DNA of 32,000 bases, taken from the NCBI RefSeq assembly GCF_000020025.1, contig NC_010628.1, positions 7,560,001 through 7,592,000 on the forward strand, given 5' to 3'. This DNA is from Nostoc punctiforme PCC 73102. Its GTDB lineage: Bacteria; Cyanobacteriota; Cyanobacteriia; Cyanobacteriales; Nostocaceae. Below the pieces are notes generated by a model. The model was not told the origin of the DNA. It ran no database searches and saw nothing but the letters and a program-made list of their open reading frames with translations. This document shows, one piece after another, positions 31,852-32,000 of this stretch; positions within the stretch are counted from its first letter, which is position 1; each line of letters begins with the position of its first letter. The position numbers and the translations under genes are program-made.

Positions 31852-32000
31852 ATGTACGACTGCATCATCGTCGGCGCTGGGCCAGCTGGTGGGACAGCTG
31901 CATATCATTTAGCCAAACAGGGTCGCTCAGTATTAGTCTTAGAAAAAGAATCCCTACCAAGATATAAACCTTGTGGTGGTGGTGTATCTCCAGCGATCGC
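31852..32000 (+). CDS. FAD-dependent oxidoreductase, geranylgeranyl-reductase-like (5' part; runs off the window)
   Basis: Hand translation gives MYDCIIVGAGPAGGTAAYHLAKQGRSVLVLEKESLPRYKPCGGGVSPAI. It has the GxGxxG dinucleotide fold and the KPCGGG motif typical of that family. Confidence 0.75.
   Translation, partial: MYDCIIVGAGPAGGTAAYHLAKQGRSVLVLEKESLPRYKPCGGGVSPAI

Overview
The window looks like a chromosomal segment of a filamentous, Nostocales-like cyanobacterium. I infer this from dense HIP1 palindromes (GCGATCGC), Nostoc-type hairpin and MITE repeats, and the gene content. All calls rest on reading the sequence and ORF track by eye; nothing was searched or computed.

Layout:
- 1-2353: housekeeping and accessory genes. 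These are an rplU 5' part, a Nif11-like leader peptide gene and a DNA-polymerase-beta-type nucleotidyltransferase.
- About 2.4-12.6 kb: a mosaic mobile region ending at a tRNA-Lys(CUU) gene.
  - A frameshifted tyrosine recombinase.
  - A tightly overlapped operon of small genes on the minus strand.
  - Tandem 22-nt repeats.
  - An intact IS630 element with an A8 frameshift site.
  - A second integrase remnant.
  - A sharply AT-rich, HIP1-free 5.5 kb block of orphan genes.
- 12.7-20 kb: core genes. These are a PAS-GAF-GAF sensor kinase with degenerate catalytic motifs, a membrane protein, a GH10-like hydrolase, a CXXCH haem protein and glcD.
- 20.6-27.1 kb: the most interesting locus. An HlyD adaptor and a C39-peptidase ABC exporter sit among four double-glycine-leader peptide genes with unrelated cores.
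  - One core is an Arg/Trp/Gly-rich cationic peptide built from three 24-nt tandem repeats.
  - One core is bipolar, acidic then basic.
  - No modification or immunity genes are visible.
- 27.4-32 kb: an alpha/beta hydrolase, an IS5-like element with TIRs, a thioredoxin-like protein, pyrH, frr and the start of an FAD-dependent reductase.
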